Assembly (NCBI GenBank): GCA_016432445.1
Contig: CP066689.1
Location: forward strand, 360,001 to 392,000
Reading direction: 5' to 3'
Source of the DNA: Candidatus Saccharimonadota bacterium
Lineage (GTDB): Bacteria > Patescibacteriota > Microgenomatia > UBA1406 > GWC2-37-13
DNA length: 32,000 nt
Shown here: positions 7,821-15,318 of the stretch, in pieces
How positions within the stretch are numbered: the first letter of the stretch is position 1
How the letters are laid out: every line of letters starts with the position of its first letter
Made by a program: the position numbers and the translations under genes
The notes under the pieces: generated by a model
The model's input: only the letters and a program-made list of their open reading frames with translations
Databases searched by the model: none
What the model was told of the DNA's origin: nothing

Positions 7821-8930
7821 TTATCGTTTGTGTTTCCAGATGACTTTGTTGTAGAAGAAGTAAGAGTAGGGTATGACGATGAAGACGATGACTGCGACTT
7901 TGTAAATGTATAATAGTTTGATTCCAAATAATGCTTTAAGGATCTCGACTCCTACAGTTTGAATAATAATATTTCCAGAGGATACAAGATTAAACTTAAA
8001 GAAACCTTTTATATAAGATTTTTTATTATGGTCGACTTTCTTGTGAGCAAAACTCCAAAAATTGTTAAGCATAAAATTTGATAAAACAGCAGTTTCGGTA
8101 CTTATCAAATTAGCTTTCCAGCTTACAAGATGAGCAAATTTTGTTAGAAAGTAAAATATTCCAAAATCAATGACAAAACCGATTGCGCCGACAATCACAA
8201 ATTTTACAAACGATGAATTTGTGAAAACATAAAGAAGAGTTTGAAAAATGGTTTGGAAAGAGTTAAGTTTGGATACACCATAATTTCTATCTTTAAAATT
8301 AATAGGAGTTTCGGCGACTATAGCATGTTTTTTAAGCGCATAATCTAAGAAAGCTACTTGAAATACATAGCCGCTGTAATTTTTGATGTGAGGAGAGGCT
8401 TCTTTGACAATCCACGATTTTATGGCGCGGTATCCTGATGTCCAATCAGTAATTCTTGGTTTCATAAAACCTACTTTAATTATAAGATTGCCGACAACCG
8501 AAAGAATTTTTCTATGAATTCCCCAATTTTCGGGAATTGATCCTCCTTTGATATATCTTGAACCAATGACAAAATCAGCGCCTTTTTCGATTTTATGAAG
8601 AAAGTTGGGGATACTAGCCGGGTCATGGGAAAGATCTGCATCCATCTCAAAAATAAGATAAGGATTTAATTTTTCTATGGAAACAGTAAAGCCTTCAATA
8701 TAAGCTTTACCTAAACCCTCTTTTTTAGTCTTAATCAAGTGAAGTCTCGGATATTTTTTAATCAGATTAGTTACAATTTCCTGAGTTTTATCTTCGGAAT
8801 CACTGTCAACAACAACAATATGAAGTTCCCAGTTAGGAGTTTTTTTATTTTGCTCAAAAATATCTATAATAAGAGTTTCTATTGTTCCTGCTTCATTATA
8901 TGTCGGTACTACTATTGCCGCTTTTTTCAT
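7821..8930 (-). CDS. GT2 polyprenol-phosphate (dolichol-P-mannose synthase-like) glycosyltransferase fused to a GtrA-like membrane domain
   Basis: VVPTYNEAGTIETLI, VVVDSDSEDKT and EMDADLSHDP are GT2/DPM1-type motifs. The C-terminal four-helix region FVKFVIVGAIGFVIDFGIFYFL... is typical of GtrA. An ATGA overlap joins it to the upstream UXS gene. Confidence 0.8.
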   Translation of the reverse strand: MKKAAIVVPTYNEAGTIETLIIDIFEQNKKTPNWELHIVVVDSDSEDKTQEIVTNLIKKYPRLHLIKTKKEGLGKAYIEGFTVSIEKLNPYLIFEMDADLSHDPASIPNFLHKIEKGADFVIGSRYIKGGSIPENWGIHRKILSVVGNLIIKVGFMKPRITDWTSGYRAIKSWIVKEASPHIKNYSGYVFQVAFLDYALKKHAIVAETPINFKDRNYGVSKLNSFQTIFQTLLYVFTNSSFVKFVIVGAIGFVIDFGIFYFLTKFAHLVSWKANLISTETAVLSNFMLNNFWSFAHKKVDHNKKSYIKGFFKFNLVSSGNIIIQTVGVEILKALFGIKLLYIYKVAVIVFIVIPYSYFFYNKVIWKHKR

Positions 8931-9871
8931 AAAAATCTTTGCTTAAAATACACAATAGTTTTTCGCATTCCTTCTTCAATACTAACGGAAGGTTGCCAAT
9001 TTAAAAGTTTTTTTGCTTTGGAAATATCAGGTTTTCTTTTTTTAGGATCATCCTCATCCAGCGGTTTAAAAACAATTTCCGATTTTGTATCGGTCATTTT
9101 TTTAACTAAGTTAGCTAATTTCAAAACTGTCATTTCATTAGGATTGCCTAAATTTATGACTTCTCCTTTTATATTATCAGTTTTTCCTAAAGCATATAAA
9201 CCTTCAATCATATCGGATACAAAGCAAAAAGATCTTGTTTGATCGCCCTTTCCATAAACAGTTAAAGGCTCATTAGTAATCGATTGCATAATAAAATTAG
9301 AAACCACACGGCCATCATTTTTTTCCATATTGTGTCCATAAGTATTGAAAATTCTGGCGATGCGGACATTTAAATCATAGCGCCGGTAATAAGACATGAC
9401 TAAAGCTTCAGAAAATCTTTTGGCCTCATCATAACATGAGCGGACTCCTACAGGATTGACATTACCCCAGTAATCTTCAGTTTGAGGGTGAACTAGGGGG
9501 TCGCCATAAGTTTCTGAGGTTGAAGAAATGACAAAAGTTTTACTTCCAGATGACTTGAAAAACTCAAGCATTTTATAAGTACCTAAAGAATTAGTCATCA
9601 TGGTTTCGATATTGTATTTTTTATACTGAACAGGCGAAGCAGGGGAAGCAAGATGATAGATAACATCAAATACCGGCAGTTTAAGAAAATCAAAAGAGGT
9701 GATGTCAGCTTCTATAAATGTAAGTTTTTTTTTATTAGTAAGCTCTTCAATATTTTTTTTGTTTCCGGTTACGAGATTATCAATTATGTAGATGTCGTCA
9801 TTTAAATTAAGATGATATTGAGTAAGATTTGAGCCTATAAAACCGGCTCCTCCAGTAATTAAAATATTCAT
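8927..9871 (-). CDS. uxs: UDP-glucuronate decarboxylase (UDP-xylose synthase), SDR family
   Basis: ILITGGAGFIGSNL is a Rossmann motif, and SCYDEAKRFSEALVMSY carries the YxxxK of UXS-type enzymes. The gene lies downstream of ugd. Confidence 0.8.
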   Translation of the reverse strand: MNILITGGAGFIGSNLTQYHLNLNDDIYIIDNLVTGNKKNIEELTNKKKLTFIEADITSFDFLKLPVFDVIYHLASPASPVQYKKYNIETMMTNSLGTYKMLEFFKSSGSKTFVISSTSETYGDPLVHPQTEDYWGNVNPVGVRSCYDEAKRFSEALVMSYYRRYDLNVRIARIFNTYGHNMEKNDGRVVSNFIMQSITNEPLTVYGKGDQTRSFCFVSDMIEGLYALGKTDNIKGEVINLGNPNEMTVLKLANLVKKMTDTKSEIVFKPLDEDDPKKRKPDISKAKKLLNWQPSVSIEEGMRKTIVYFKQRFL

Positions 9872-9876
9872 ACTAT

Positions 9877-11175
9877 TTATAAAATAGGTTGTCTTCCCGT
9901 GGAGATATATGTAAATCCGAGCTTTTTAATAAACTCCAACTGATAAATATTCCTTCCGTCAATAATGACAGGATTTTTCATCAGACTTTTCACTTTTTTT
10001 AAATCAGCCTGTTTAAACTCATTCCACTCAGTAAGAATGCAAAGGGTACAAGCGTCTTTGACAGCATCATAAGCGTTTTGCGCGTAAGTAATTTTGTCGC
10101 CAAACATTTTTCTAATATTTTTTGTAGCCTCAGGGTCATAGACTGTTAGCTTAAAACCTTGTTCAAGCAAGGCTTTTATTAAAAATACAGAAGGGGCGGC
10201 GCGGATATCATCAGTATCAGGTTTAAATCCCAGTCCCCATATGGCAATATGTTTACCTTTACAATGTTTCAATACTTTATCTAAATAATTATTTCTGGAA
10301 TCAGCGTTTATTTTCTCAACTGCATCCAAAAATTTAACATCAATTCCAAAGTTCCGCCCGGTATGAACTAAAGCATTAACATCTTTTGGCAAACAAGAGC
10401 CGCCGTAGCCCACACCCGGGTATAAAAATACTCTGCCGATTCTTTTATCAAGCCCGACAGCATTAAGTACAGTTTCAACATCAGCTCCAGTTTTTTCACA
10501 ATAAAAAGCTATAAGATTGGCAAATGAAATTTTGGTCGCAAGCATTGCATTGGATGTATATTTGATAAGCTCAGCTGATGCCAAATCAGTAATGACCCGG
10601 TCTCCAGTAAGAGGTTCATGAAGTTCCAAAAGCCGATCAATTGCTTTATTGCTGTCTGAACCAATAACTATGCGGTCGGGATTGATCGTATCATGCAAAG
10701 CTGTTCCTTCCCGCAAAAACTCAGGACAGGAAGCTACCGCGACTTGAGCATCTTTTCTTTTGTTTTTGTTTAAAATTTCTTCAACCTTTTTATTAGTGCC
10801 TACCAAAACTGTGCTTTTGCAGGATACAACTGTAAAACCTTTTTTCAAATTTTTGCCGATATTAGTTGCCACATCAAAAACCGCGGAAAGGTCAGCTTCT
10901 CCATTGTGAGTTGGTGGGGTGCCCACAGTAATAAATACAATATCGGATTCCGAGACTGCCTGTTTGTAATCTAGGGTAAAATGAAGTCTTTGAGCCGCGA
11001 GATTTTTCCCCAAAAATTCTTTTAGCCCAGGTTCATAAATTATGGGGTCGCCTTTTTTTAACCGGTCTATTTTTTCAGGAGTGTGTCCTACTACCCATAC
11101 TTTGTTGCCAAAATCTGAAAAAACGCAGGCTGTAACTAGTCCTACGTAGCCATGACCCACAACAGTAATTGTCAT
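9877..11175 (-). CDS. ugd: UDP-glucose 6-dehydrogenase
   Basis: VVGHGYVGLV forms the NAD-binding site, and GYGGSCLPKDV carries the catalytic Cys motif. The length is 432 aa. Confidence 0.9.
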   Translation of the reverse strand: MTITVVGHGYVGLVTACVFSDFGNKVWVVGHTPEKIDRLKKGDPIIYEPGLKEFLGKNLAAQRLHFTLDYKQAVSESDIVFITVGTPPTHNGEADLSAVFDVATNIGKNLKKGFTVVSCKSTVLVGTNKKVEEILNKNKRKDAQVAVASCPEFLREGTALHDTINPDRIVIGSDSNKAIDRLLELHEPLTGDRVITDLASAELIKYTSNAMLATKISFANLIAFYCEKTGADVETVLNAVGLDKRIGRVFLYPGVGYGGSCLPKDVNALVHTGRNFGIDVKFLDAVEKINADSRNNYLDKVLKHCKGKHIAIWGLGFKPDTDDIRAAPSVFLIKALLEQGFKLTVYDPEATKNIRKMFGDKITYAQNAYDAVKDACTLCILTEWNEFKQADLKKVKSLMKNPVIIDGRNIYQLEFIKKLGFTYISTGRQPIL

Positions 11176-11242
11176 AAGGAATAATAATATAAAATTAAAA
11201 CCGAAAATTCAATCAAAAGTCTAAATATCAAAATTCAAATTA

Positions 11243-11280
11243 CAAATGTCAAATCAAATTTCAAGTTCAAATGTCAAATG
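11243..11280. repeat. low-complexity CAAATGTCAAAT direct repeat (2 copies) in an intergenic spacer
   Basis: caaatgtcaaat occurs at 11243-11254 and 11268-11279. The complementary motif atttgacattt recurs at 21123-21133. Confidence 0.6.
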
Positions 11281-11316
11281 AATGTTTTAAGGTTCGGATT
11301 TTAAATTTTGGATTTG

Positions 11317-11338
11317 ACCTGCCTGCCGGCAGGCAGGT
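11317..11338. repeat. perfect 22-nt GC-rich palindrome (ACCTGCCTGCC|GGCAGGCAGGT) between two minus-strand operons; likely terminator/insulator hairpin
   Basis: The palindrome can be read directly. It sits 7 nt downstream of the rfbD stop. Its arms match the stem of the 14521-14571 element. Confidence 0.7.
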
Positions 11339-11344
11339 TTAAAA

Positions 11345-12187
11345 TTAGAGCTTTGTCATTTGGATTTTTATTTCATTGAGTCCTTCTTCAAATGTTTTCA
11401 TGGAGTGGAAATTATTTTTTTTACTTTTTATTTGAGAATATTGAGATCTGACAGCTTTATCTTTTGAATATTCCTCAAAAGTAGTCGGGACAATAAGCGA
11501 CTCATCTAAATTAAATGTTTTAGCGATTAAGTTGGCAGCATCATAAGGTGAAAGGCTATCAGCTCCAACCACATGGTAAATCTCAGGAGAGTAGTTATTC
11601 ATTAAATATTTTAGCGAGTAGGCGATATCGTCAACAAATGTCGGAGTGATTAAAGAGTCGGTAATCATCTTAAGCTGAGTTCCTTGTTTTAAATAATCAA
11701 TTAATTTTCTGACTAAATCTTTTTTTATTTCATAATTGGCGCGGTAAGGATAAGAAAGCCGGACAATCATGGCATTGTTGTTAACAATCTTTTCTCCTTC
11801 ATACTTAGTTTGCGCATAATAGCCAGTAGGGTCAGGCGTGCTGTCTTCAAAATAAGGAGGATTTTTTCCGTCAAAAATAAAGTCGGTTGAGATATAGATA
11901 AATTTTTTATTTTTTTTGGAAACAAAATCGAAAACATTTTTTGTTCCCTCAACATTTATTTTGTGAGCAAGTTCTTTTTGGTTTTCTGCCCCATCAACAT
12001 TGGTGTAGCCTGCTAGGTGAAGAAATAAATCAAAGTCTAAGTTGGCAAGGTTTGATTCAACTGAGTCAGGATCGGTAATATCCATATCTTCGATAGAAAG
12101 GGAAAGGAACTCAAAATCATTTTGAAGAAGTTCAACGATTCGCGAACCTATTAAACCGCTAGCTCCTGTAATTGCTATTTTCATCAT
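11345..12187 (-). CDS. rfbD: dTDP-4-dehydrorhamnose reductase (RmlD-type SDR)
   Basis: KIAITGASGLIGSRI and YAQTKYEGE (YxxxK) are present. The gene is 280 aa and starts 5 nt downstream of rfbB. Confidence 0.7.
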   Translation of the reverse strand: MMKIAITGASGLIGSRIVELLQNDFEFLSLSIEDMDITDPDSVESNLANLDFDLFLHLAGYTNVDGAENQKELAHKINVEGTKNVFDFVSKKNKKFIYISTDFIFDGKNPPYFEDSTPDPTGYYAQTKYEGEKIVNNNAMIVRLSYPYRANYEIKKDLVRKLIDYLKQGTQLKMITDSLITPTFVDDIAYSLKYLMNNYSPEIYHVVGADSLSPYDAANLIAKTFNLDESLIVPTTFEEYSKDKAVRSQYSQIKSKKNNFHSMKTFEEGLNEIKIQMTKL

Positions 12188-12190
12188 ATT

Positions 12191-12232
12191 AGTTATGGGT
12201 GATGAGTTTTGGGTTGTGGGTTGAACTCAGAA
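12191..12232. repeat. GGGTT-type degenerate repeat (half site) overlapping the rfbB stop
   Basis: agttatgggtgatgagttttgggttgtgggttgaactcagaac belongs to the same family as 23209-23272, 24778-24860 and 25268-25300. Confidence 0.6.
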
Positions 12233-13203
12233 CGATATTTAATTTTCTGCCACCACTCTTGATTATCTTTATACCATTCAATAGTTTTATTCAAATATTC
12301 ATCAAAGCTGTATTTTGGCTGCCAGCCAAATTCCTGTTTCATGCGTGACCAGTCTATAGCATAGCGGCGGTCATGTCCTGGTCTGTCTTTAACAGTCTCC
12401 ATCATCTCTTCATCTTTTCCCATAATCTTTAAGATTTTTTTAATGACCTCAATGTTAGGGATATCTTCGGTCAGTCCGCCGATAAGATATGTCTCGCCGA
12501 CTTTTCCTTTTTGCAAAATGACATCAATGGCTTCGCAGTGATCTTCAACATAAAGCCAGTCACGGACATAAAGGCCATCACCATAAACCGGCACTTTTTT
12601 TCCTTCCAAAAGATTTGTGATTGCCAAAGGAATCAGTTTTTCAGGAAATTGGTAAGGACCGTAATTGTTGGAACAGTTGGAAATTGTCATTGGCAGTCCG
12701 TAAGTTTCCGCATAAGCTCGGACTAAAAAATCAGATCCCGCTTTTGATGCTGAGTAGGGACTGCGGGGGTTGTAGGGCGTTTTATCATTAAATTTTTCGG
12801 TTGTATTTAAAGGCAAAGCTCCAAAAACTTCATCGGTTGATACATGATGAAATCTTTTGACCTTGTTTTGCAAAGCGGCGTTAAGAAGAACGCCTGTGCC
12901 TTCAACATTAGTTTTAATAAAAGGAGCCGGGTCAAGAATCGAGCGGTCAACATGCGATTCAGCTGCAAAATGAACGACTGTGTCTACGCCCTTCATCAGT
13001 TCATTCATCTTTTCTCTATCACAAATATCGGCATGTTCAAAAGAATAATTAGAGTTTCCTTCAATACTTTTAAGATTTTCCAAGTTGCCGGCGTAGGTGA
13101 GTTTGTCAACATTCACAATCTGGTCCTGGGGATATTTTTTTAACCAATATAAAACGAAGTTAGACCCAATAAATCCCGCCCCACCCGTAACAATCAGTTT
13201 CAT
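12193..13203 (-). CDS. rfbB: dTDP-glucose 4,6-dehydratase
   Basis: LIVTGGAGFIGSNF, the YSASKAGSD catalytic YxxxK and HVSTDEVFG are present. The length is 336 aa. Confidence 0.9.
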   Translation of the reverse strand: MKLIVTGGAGFIGSNFVLYWLKKYPQDQIVNVDKLTYAGNLENLKSIEGNSNYSFEHADICDREKMNELMKGVDTVVHFAAESHVDRSILDPAPFIKTNVEGTGVLLNAALQNKVKRFHHVSTDEVFGALPLNTTEKFNDKTPYNPRSPYSASKAGSDFLVRAYAETYGLPMTISNCSNNYGPYQFPEKLIPLAITNLLEGKKVPVYGDGLYVRDWLYVEDHCEAIDVILQKGKVGETYLIGGLTEDIPNIEVIKKILKIMGKDEEMMETVKDRPGHDRRYAIDWSRMKQEFGWQPKYSFDEYLNKTIEWYKDNQEWWQKIKYRSEFNPQPKTHHP

Positions 13204-13210
13204 GTCTTAA

Positions 13211-13239
13211 ATTATAACTGATAAAGTCTTAAAAACCAA
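13211..13239 (-). promoter_or_regulatory. putative promoter of rfbB, leaderless configuration
   Basis: On the minus strand: TTGGTT (complement of 13234-13239), a 17-nt spacer, TATAAT (complement of 13211-13216), then 7 nt to the ATG at 13203. Confidence 0.45.
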
Positions 13240-13273
13240 AATTATGATTTAATTCAATTCTGGAGCTTTACAA

Positions 13274-13297
13274 CAACCTTTCCAACCCGAGAGGTTG
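13274..13297 (-). terminator. possible intrinsic terminator after the NUDIX gene
   Basis: A CAACCT/AGGTTG stem (13274-13279 and 13292-13297) is followed on the minus strand by TTGTTGT. Confidence 0.3.
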
Positions 13298-13343
13298 AAC
13301 ATCGCTTTCTAGCAACGTGAAAGACTTTATTTTGTAAAATTTA

Positions 13344-13859
13344 TTAAGCTTCTTTTACAATTTCTAACGGCTTTTTTGGATAATCACCTTTTATTATATC
13401 CGGAAGATACTGAGACAGTAGAGTAGGAAATATTGTTTCTTTACTGTTTGTAATTTGGTTAAGAGAAAACCATGCAAGCTCTTTAACTACTCCGATTTCT
13501 TCTTCAGTCAAGTTGGTGATAGAAACATCTTTCTTTTTCGTCCTTGCCACAATATACTTTTCCTTAATATGAGTTGGTTTGCCATACAATATAAGATCTA
13601 GTTCTCCAGTCCAAACAACCGGCCCCAATTCAATATCTTTTTCACTCAATCCTGTTTCTTCAGCTAATTCCCGGATTGCAGTTTTTTCAATATCTTCCCC
13701 GTTTTCTATTTCTCCGCCGGCAAGTGTCCAAAACCGGCCTTTGTATTCTTCACCAATCTGTTTTGTCCGGGGATCATCAATGCACATTAAAAGCAGTTCA
13801 TTCTGATCATTTAAAAGAATAATTCTGACACTATTTCGTATTGGGTAATTGAGATTCAT
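13344..13859 (-). CDS. NUDIX hydrolase
   Basis: The Nudix box GGEIENGEDIEKTAIRELAEETGL is present. The track ORF extends to a TTG at 13910; the first ATG (MNLNYPIRN...) is at 13859. Confidence 0.8.
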   Translation of the reverse strand: MNLNYPIRNSVRIILLNDQNELLLMCIDDPRTKQIGEEYKGRFWTLAGGEIENGEDIEKTAIRELAEETGLSEKDIELGPVVWTGELDLILYGKPTHIKEKYIVARTKKKDVSITNLTEEEIGVVKELAWFSLNQITNSKETIFPTLLSQYLPDIIKGDYPKKPLEIVKEA

Positions 13860-13910
13860 AGCTTTACCTATTATATCAGGAGGACAGCTTGGTGTAGCAA
13901 AGTTATTCAA

Positions 13911-13929
13911 CCCCGTACGTGGATTGAGT
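13911..13929 (+). repeat. 19-bp perfect direct repeat, copy 1 (CCCCGTACGTGGATTGAGT)
   Basis: It is identical to 14500-14518. The two copies bracket the GNAT gene plus miaB-tail relic C. Confidence 0.9.
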
Positions 13930-13962
13930 CTAAGGTGGAAATGATGTTTATACAGAACATTT

Positions 13963-13971
13963 TGCTATACT
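13963..13971 (+). promoter_or_regulatory. extended -10 promoter of the GNAT gene, leaderless configuration
   Basis: TGcTATACT at 13963-13971 is followed by 6 nt and then the ATG at 13978. Confidence 0.45.
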
Positions 13972-13977
13972 TTTTTC

Positions 13978-14436
13978 ATGAACATTACGTTGGTTCCTAT
14001 TGGACTACAAGAAAAAGAACACTTAAACAATTTGCTCATTAAATATAAAAAGGAACTTACTGGTAATCTTGGTAGATATAAATATCTGGATAGTTATTTT
14101 GAAGAAAAAGATCGCTATCCTTTTTTTATAAAAGTAGATGGTAATGTGGCAGGGTTTGTACTAGTCAATAATTACTCAATTGTAGCGAAGGGTGCTAAAA
14201 GCATTGGCGAGTTTTTTGTAGAACAGAAATATAGAAAACAAGGAGTAGGAAAGGAAGCTGCAAAAAAAGTATTTGATTTATTTCCAGGAAAATGGGAAAT
14301 AAGACAGCTACATTCAAATCCTCAAGGACAAATATTTTGGAGAAAAGTAATTAAGGAGTATATCGATGATAACTATCAAGAAGTAATGCTTAACAATGAG
14401 AAATGGCATGGAACAGCTCAGATATTTAAAACGTAA
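13978..14436 (+). CDS. GNAT-family N-acetyltransferase
   Basis: FFVEQKYRKQGVGKEAAKKVF carries the Q/RxxGxG/A acetyl-CoA binding motif. The length is 152 aa. Confidence 0.75.
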   Translation: MNITLVPIGLQEKEHLNNLLIKYKKELTGNLGRYKYLDSYFEEKDRYPFFIKVDGNVAGFVLVNNYSIVAKGAKSIGEFFVEQKYRKQGVGKEAAKKVFDLFPGKWEIRQLHSNPQGQIFWRKVIKEYIDDNYQEVMLNNEKWHGTAQIFKT

Positions 14437-14495
14437 TTACTTATTGAAGTGGGGTTTGAAGATGAGGTGGTCGAGTTTGACAATCGTTTTTTTCT
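14437..14495 (-). pseudogene. relic copy C of the miaB 3' terminus
   Basis: The minus strand reads (R)QKKTIVKLDHLIFKPHFNK*, compared with the live miaB tail KKKRWLKLDSLIFKPIRNQK*. It shares GGTTTGAAGATGAGG and the TTACTT...CGTTTTTTCT ends with 15319-15380. Confidence 0.7.
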
Positions 14496-14499
14496 GGCG

Positions 14500-14518
14500 C
14501 CCCGTACGTGGATTGAGT
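14500..14518 (+). repeat. 19-bp perfect direct repeat, copy 2 (CCCCGTACGTGGATTGAGT)
   Basis: It is identical to 13911-13929. Confidence 0.9.
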
Positions 14519-14520
14519 TT

Positions 14521-14571
14521 GCCTGCCGGTCTTCGACTCCGAGGTTGCTCAGACTCGAGGAGCAGGCAGGG
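14521..14571. repeat. GC-rich hairpin element (CCTGCC...GGCAGG stem), same family as the insert in the helicase gene
   Basis: The central GTCTTCGACtCcgAGGttGCTCAGACtCGA aligns with the reverse complement of 26844-26890 (GTCTTCGACcCtaAGGggGCTCAGACcCGA). Confidence 0.7.
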
Positions 14572-14630
14572 CTAAATTAGAATTGATGTTGGAGAACACT
14601 TCCAATTTACGGCTAAATAACCTACGCGGT

Positions 14631-14650
14631 TGACAATTATTGACAATTAT
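14631..14650 (+). repeat. tandem duplication TGACAATTAT x2
   Basis: It can be read directly, and it creates two TTGACA-like hexamers. Confidence 0.6.
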
Positions 14651-14652
14651 TT

Positions 14653-14708
14653 TCAATATTTCTTTGGTTTGTAGATGAGATTGTCCAGGCGGAGCCAGCG
14701 TTTTTTCT
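14653..14708 (-). pseudogene. relic copy A of the miaB 3' terminus
   Basis: The minus strand reads *KKRWLRLDNLIYKPKKY*, compared with the live tail KKKRWLKLDSLIFKPIRNQK*. The GCCAGCGTTTTTTCT end is identical to 15366-15380. Confidence 0.7.
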
Positions 14709-14731
14709 AAATTTGCAGATTATCCTATAGT

Positions 14732-14760
14732 TTGATTTATCTATTCATTCTTGCTATAAT
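14732..14760 (+). promoter_or_regulatory. sigma70-type promoter, leaderless configuration
   Basis: TTGATT (14732-14737), a 17-nt spacer, TATAAT (14755-14760), then 6 nt to the ATG at 14767. The geometry is the same as at 1209-1244. Confidence 0.55.
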
Positions 14761-14766
14761 TCCGCC

Positions 14767-15318
14767 ATGTCAGAAAATCCTCAAAGAGGTTCCGAAAATA
14801 GAGTTCGTGGAATTATCGCTTCTTCGATAGTACTATGGTATAAAGAAAATCCTGTTGAACTTGAAGATGCAGCTGAAGTAATGATGCTTTCATCAGGAAA
14901 TCAATTACTTTTAGGTAGAATAACGAAATTGGCTGAAGCTGTTAGAACAAAACAAGGAAAAGAAGTAGGAGATTTCTTTATGAGAGGTGTCGCAGTGTCT
15001 TTTTTATATGAAATTGAAGTTGCAGAAGAGTTTCATGAACAGATAAAAATTGTTACAAAAGAAGATATTGAGAGGGTGCAAAAAGAAAGACAAGAACGTC
15101 GCAGGCAACGTACAATTGATTCAGAGTTTTATGTAGGTAAAGATTTTGAGTTAAAAAGAATTCAACAGATAAAAGGAGAAGGGGATAAGCTTGATAAGCC
15201 TTTTTTTGGCGCAGTTTCAATGATTTTAAATCTACTTAAAGATCAGAAAGTTTCAGACCCGCAATGGATGTCTTTTCTAAATGGCGTGTTAATAACTAGT
15301 CAACTTCTAAGAAAATAG
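14767..15318 (+). CDS. hypothetical protein (183 aa), no recognised domain
   Basis: The ORF has its own promoter. Its stop codon (15316-15318) directly abuts the complement of the miaB stop (15319-15321). Confidence 0.65.
   Translation: MSENPQRGSENRVRGIIASSIVLWYKENPVELEDAAEVMMLSSGNQLLLGRITKLAEAVRTKQGKEVGDFFMRGVAVSFLYEIEVAEEFHEQIKIVTKEDIERVQKERQERRRQRTIDSEFYVGKDFELKRIQQIKGEGDKLDKPFFGAVSMILNLLKDQKVSDPQWMSFLNGVLITSQLLRK

Noticed and set aside
8739-9242. 167-aa plus-strand ORF antisense to the GT2 and UXS genes
   Set aside because: It lies entirely antisense to two well-supported genes, and its translation is low-complexity. I applied the same reasoning to the following track ORFs: 1599-1793, 5873-6079, 7497-7688, 11767-11955, 12511-12726, 12844-13143, 13579-13806, 16492-16686, 19889-20098, 20326-20523, 25473-25655, 28151-28366, 28677-28928 and 31120-31359.
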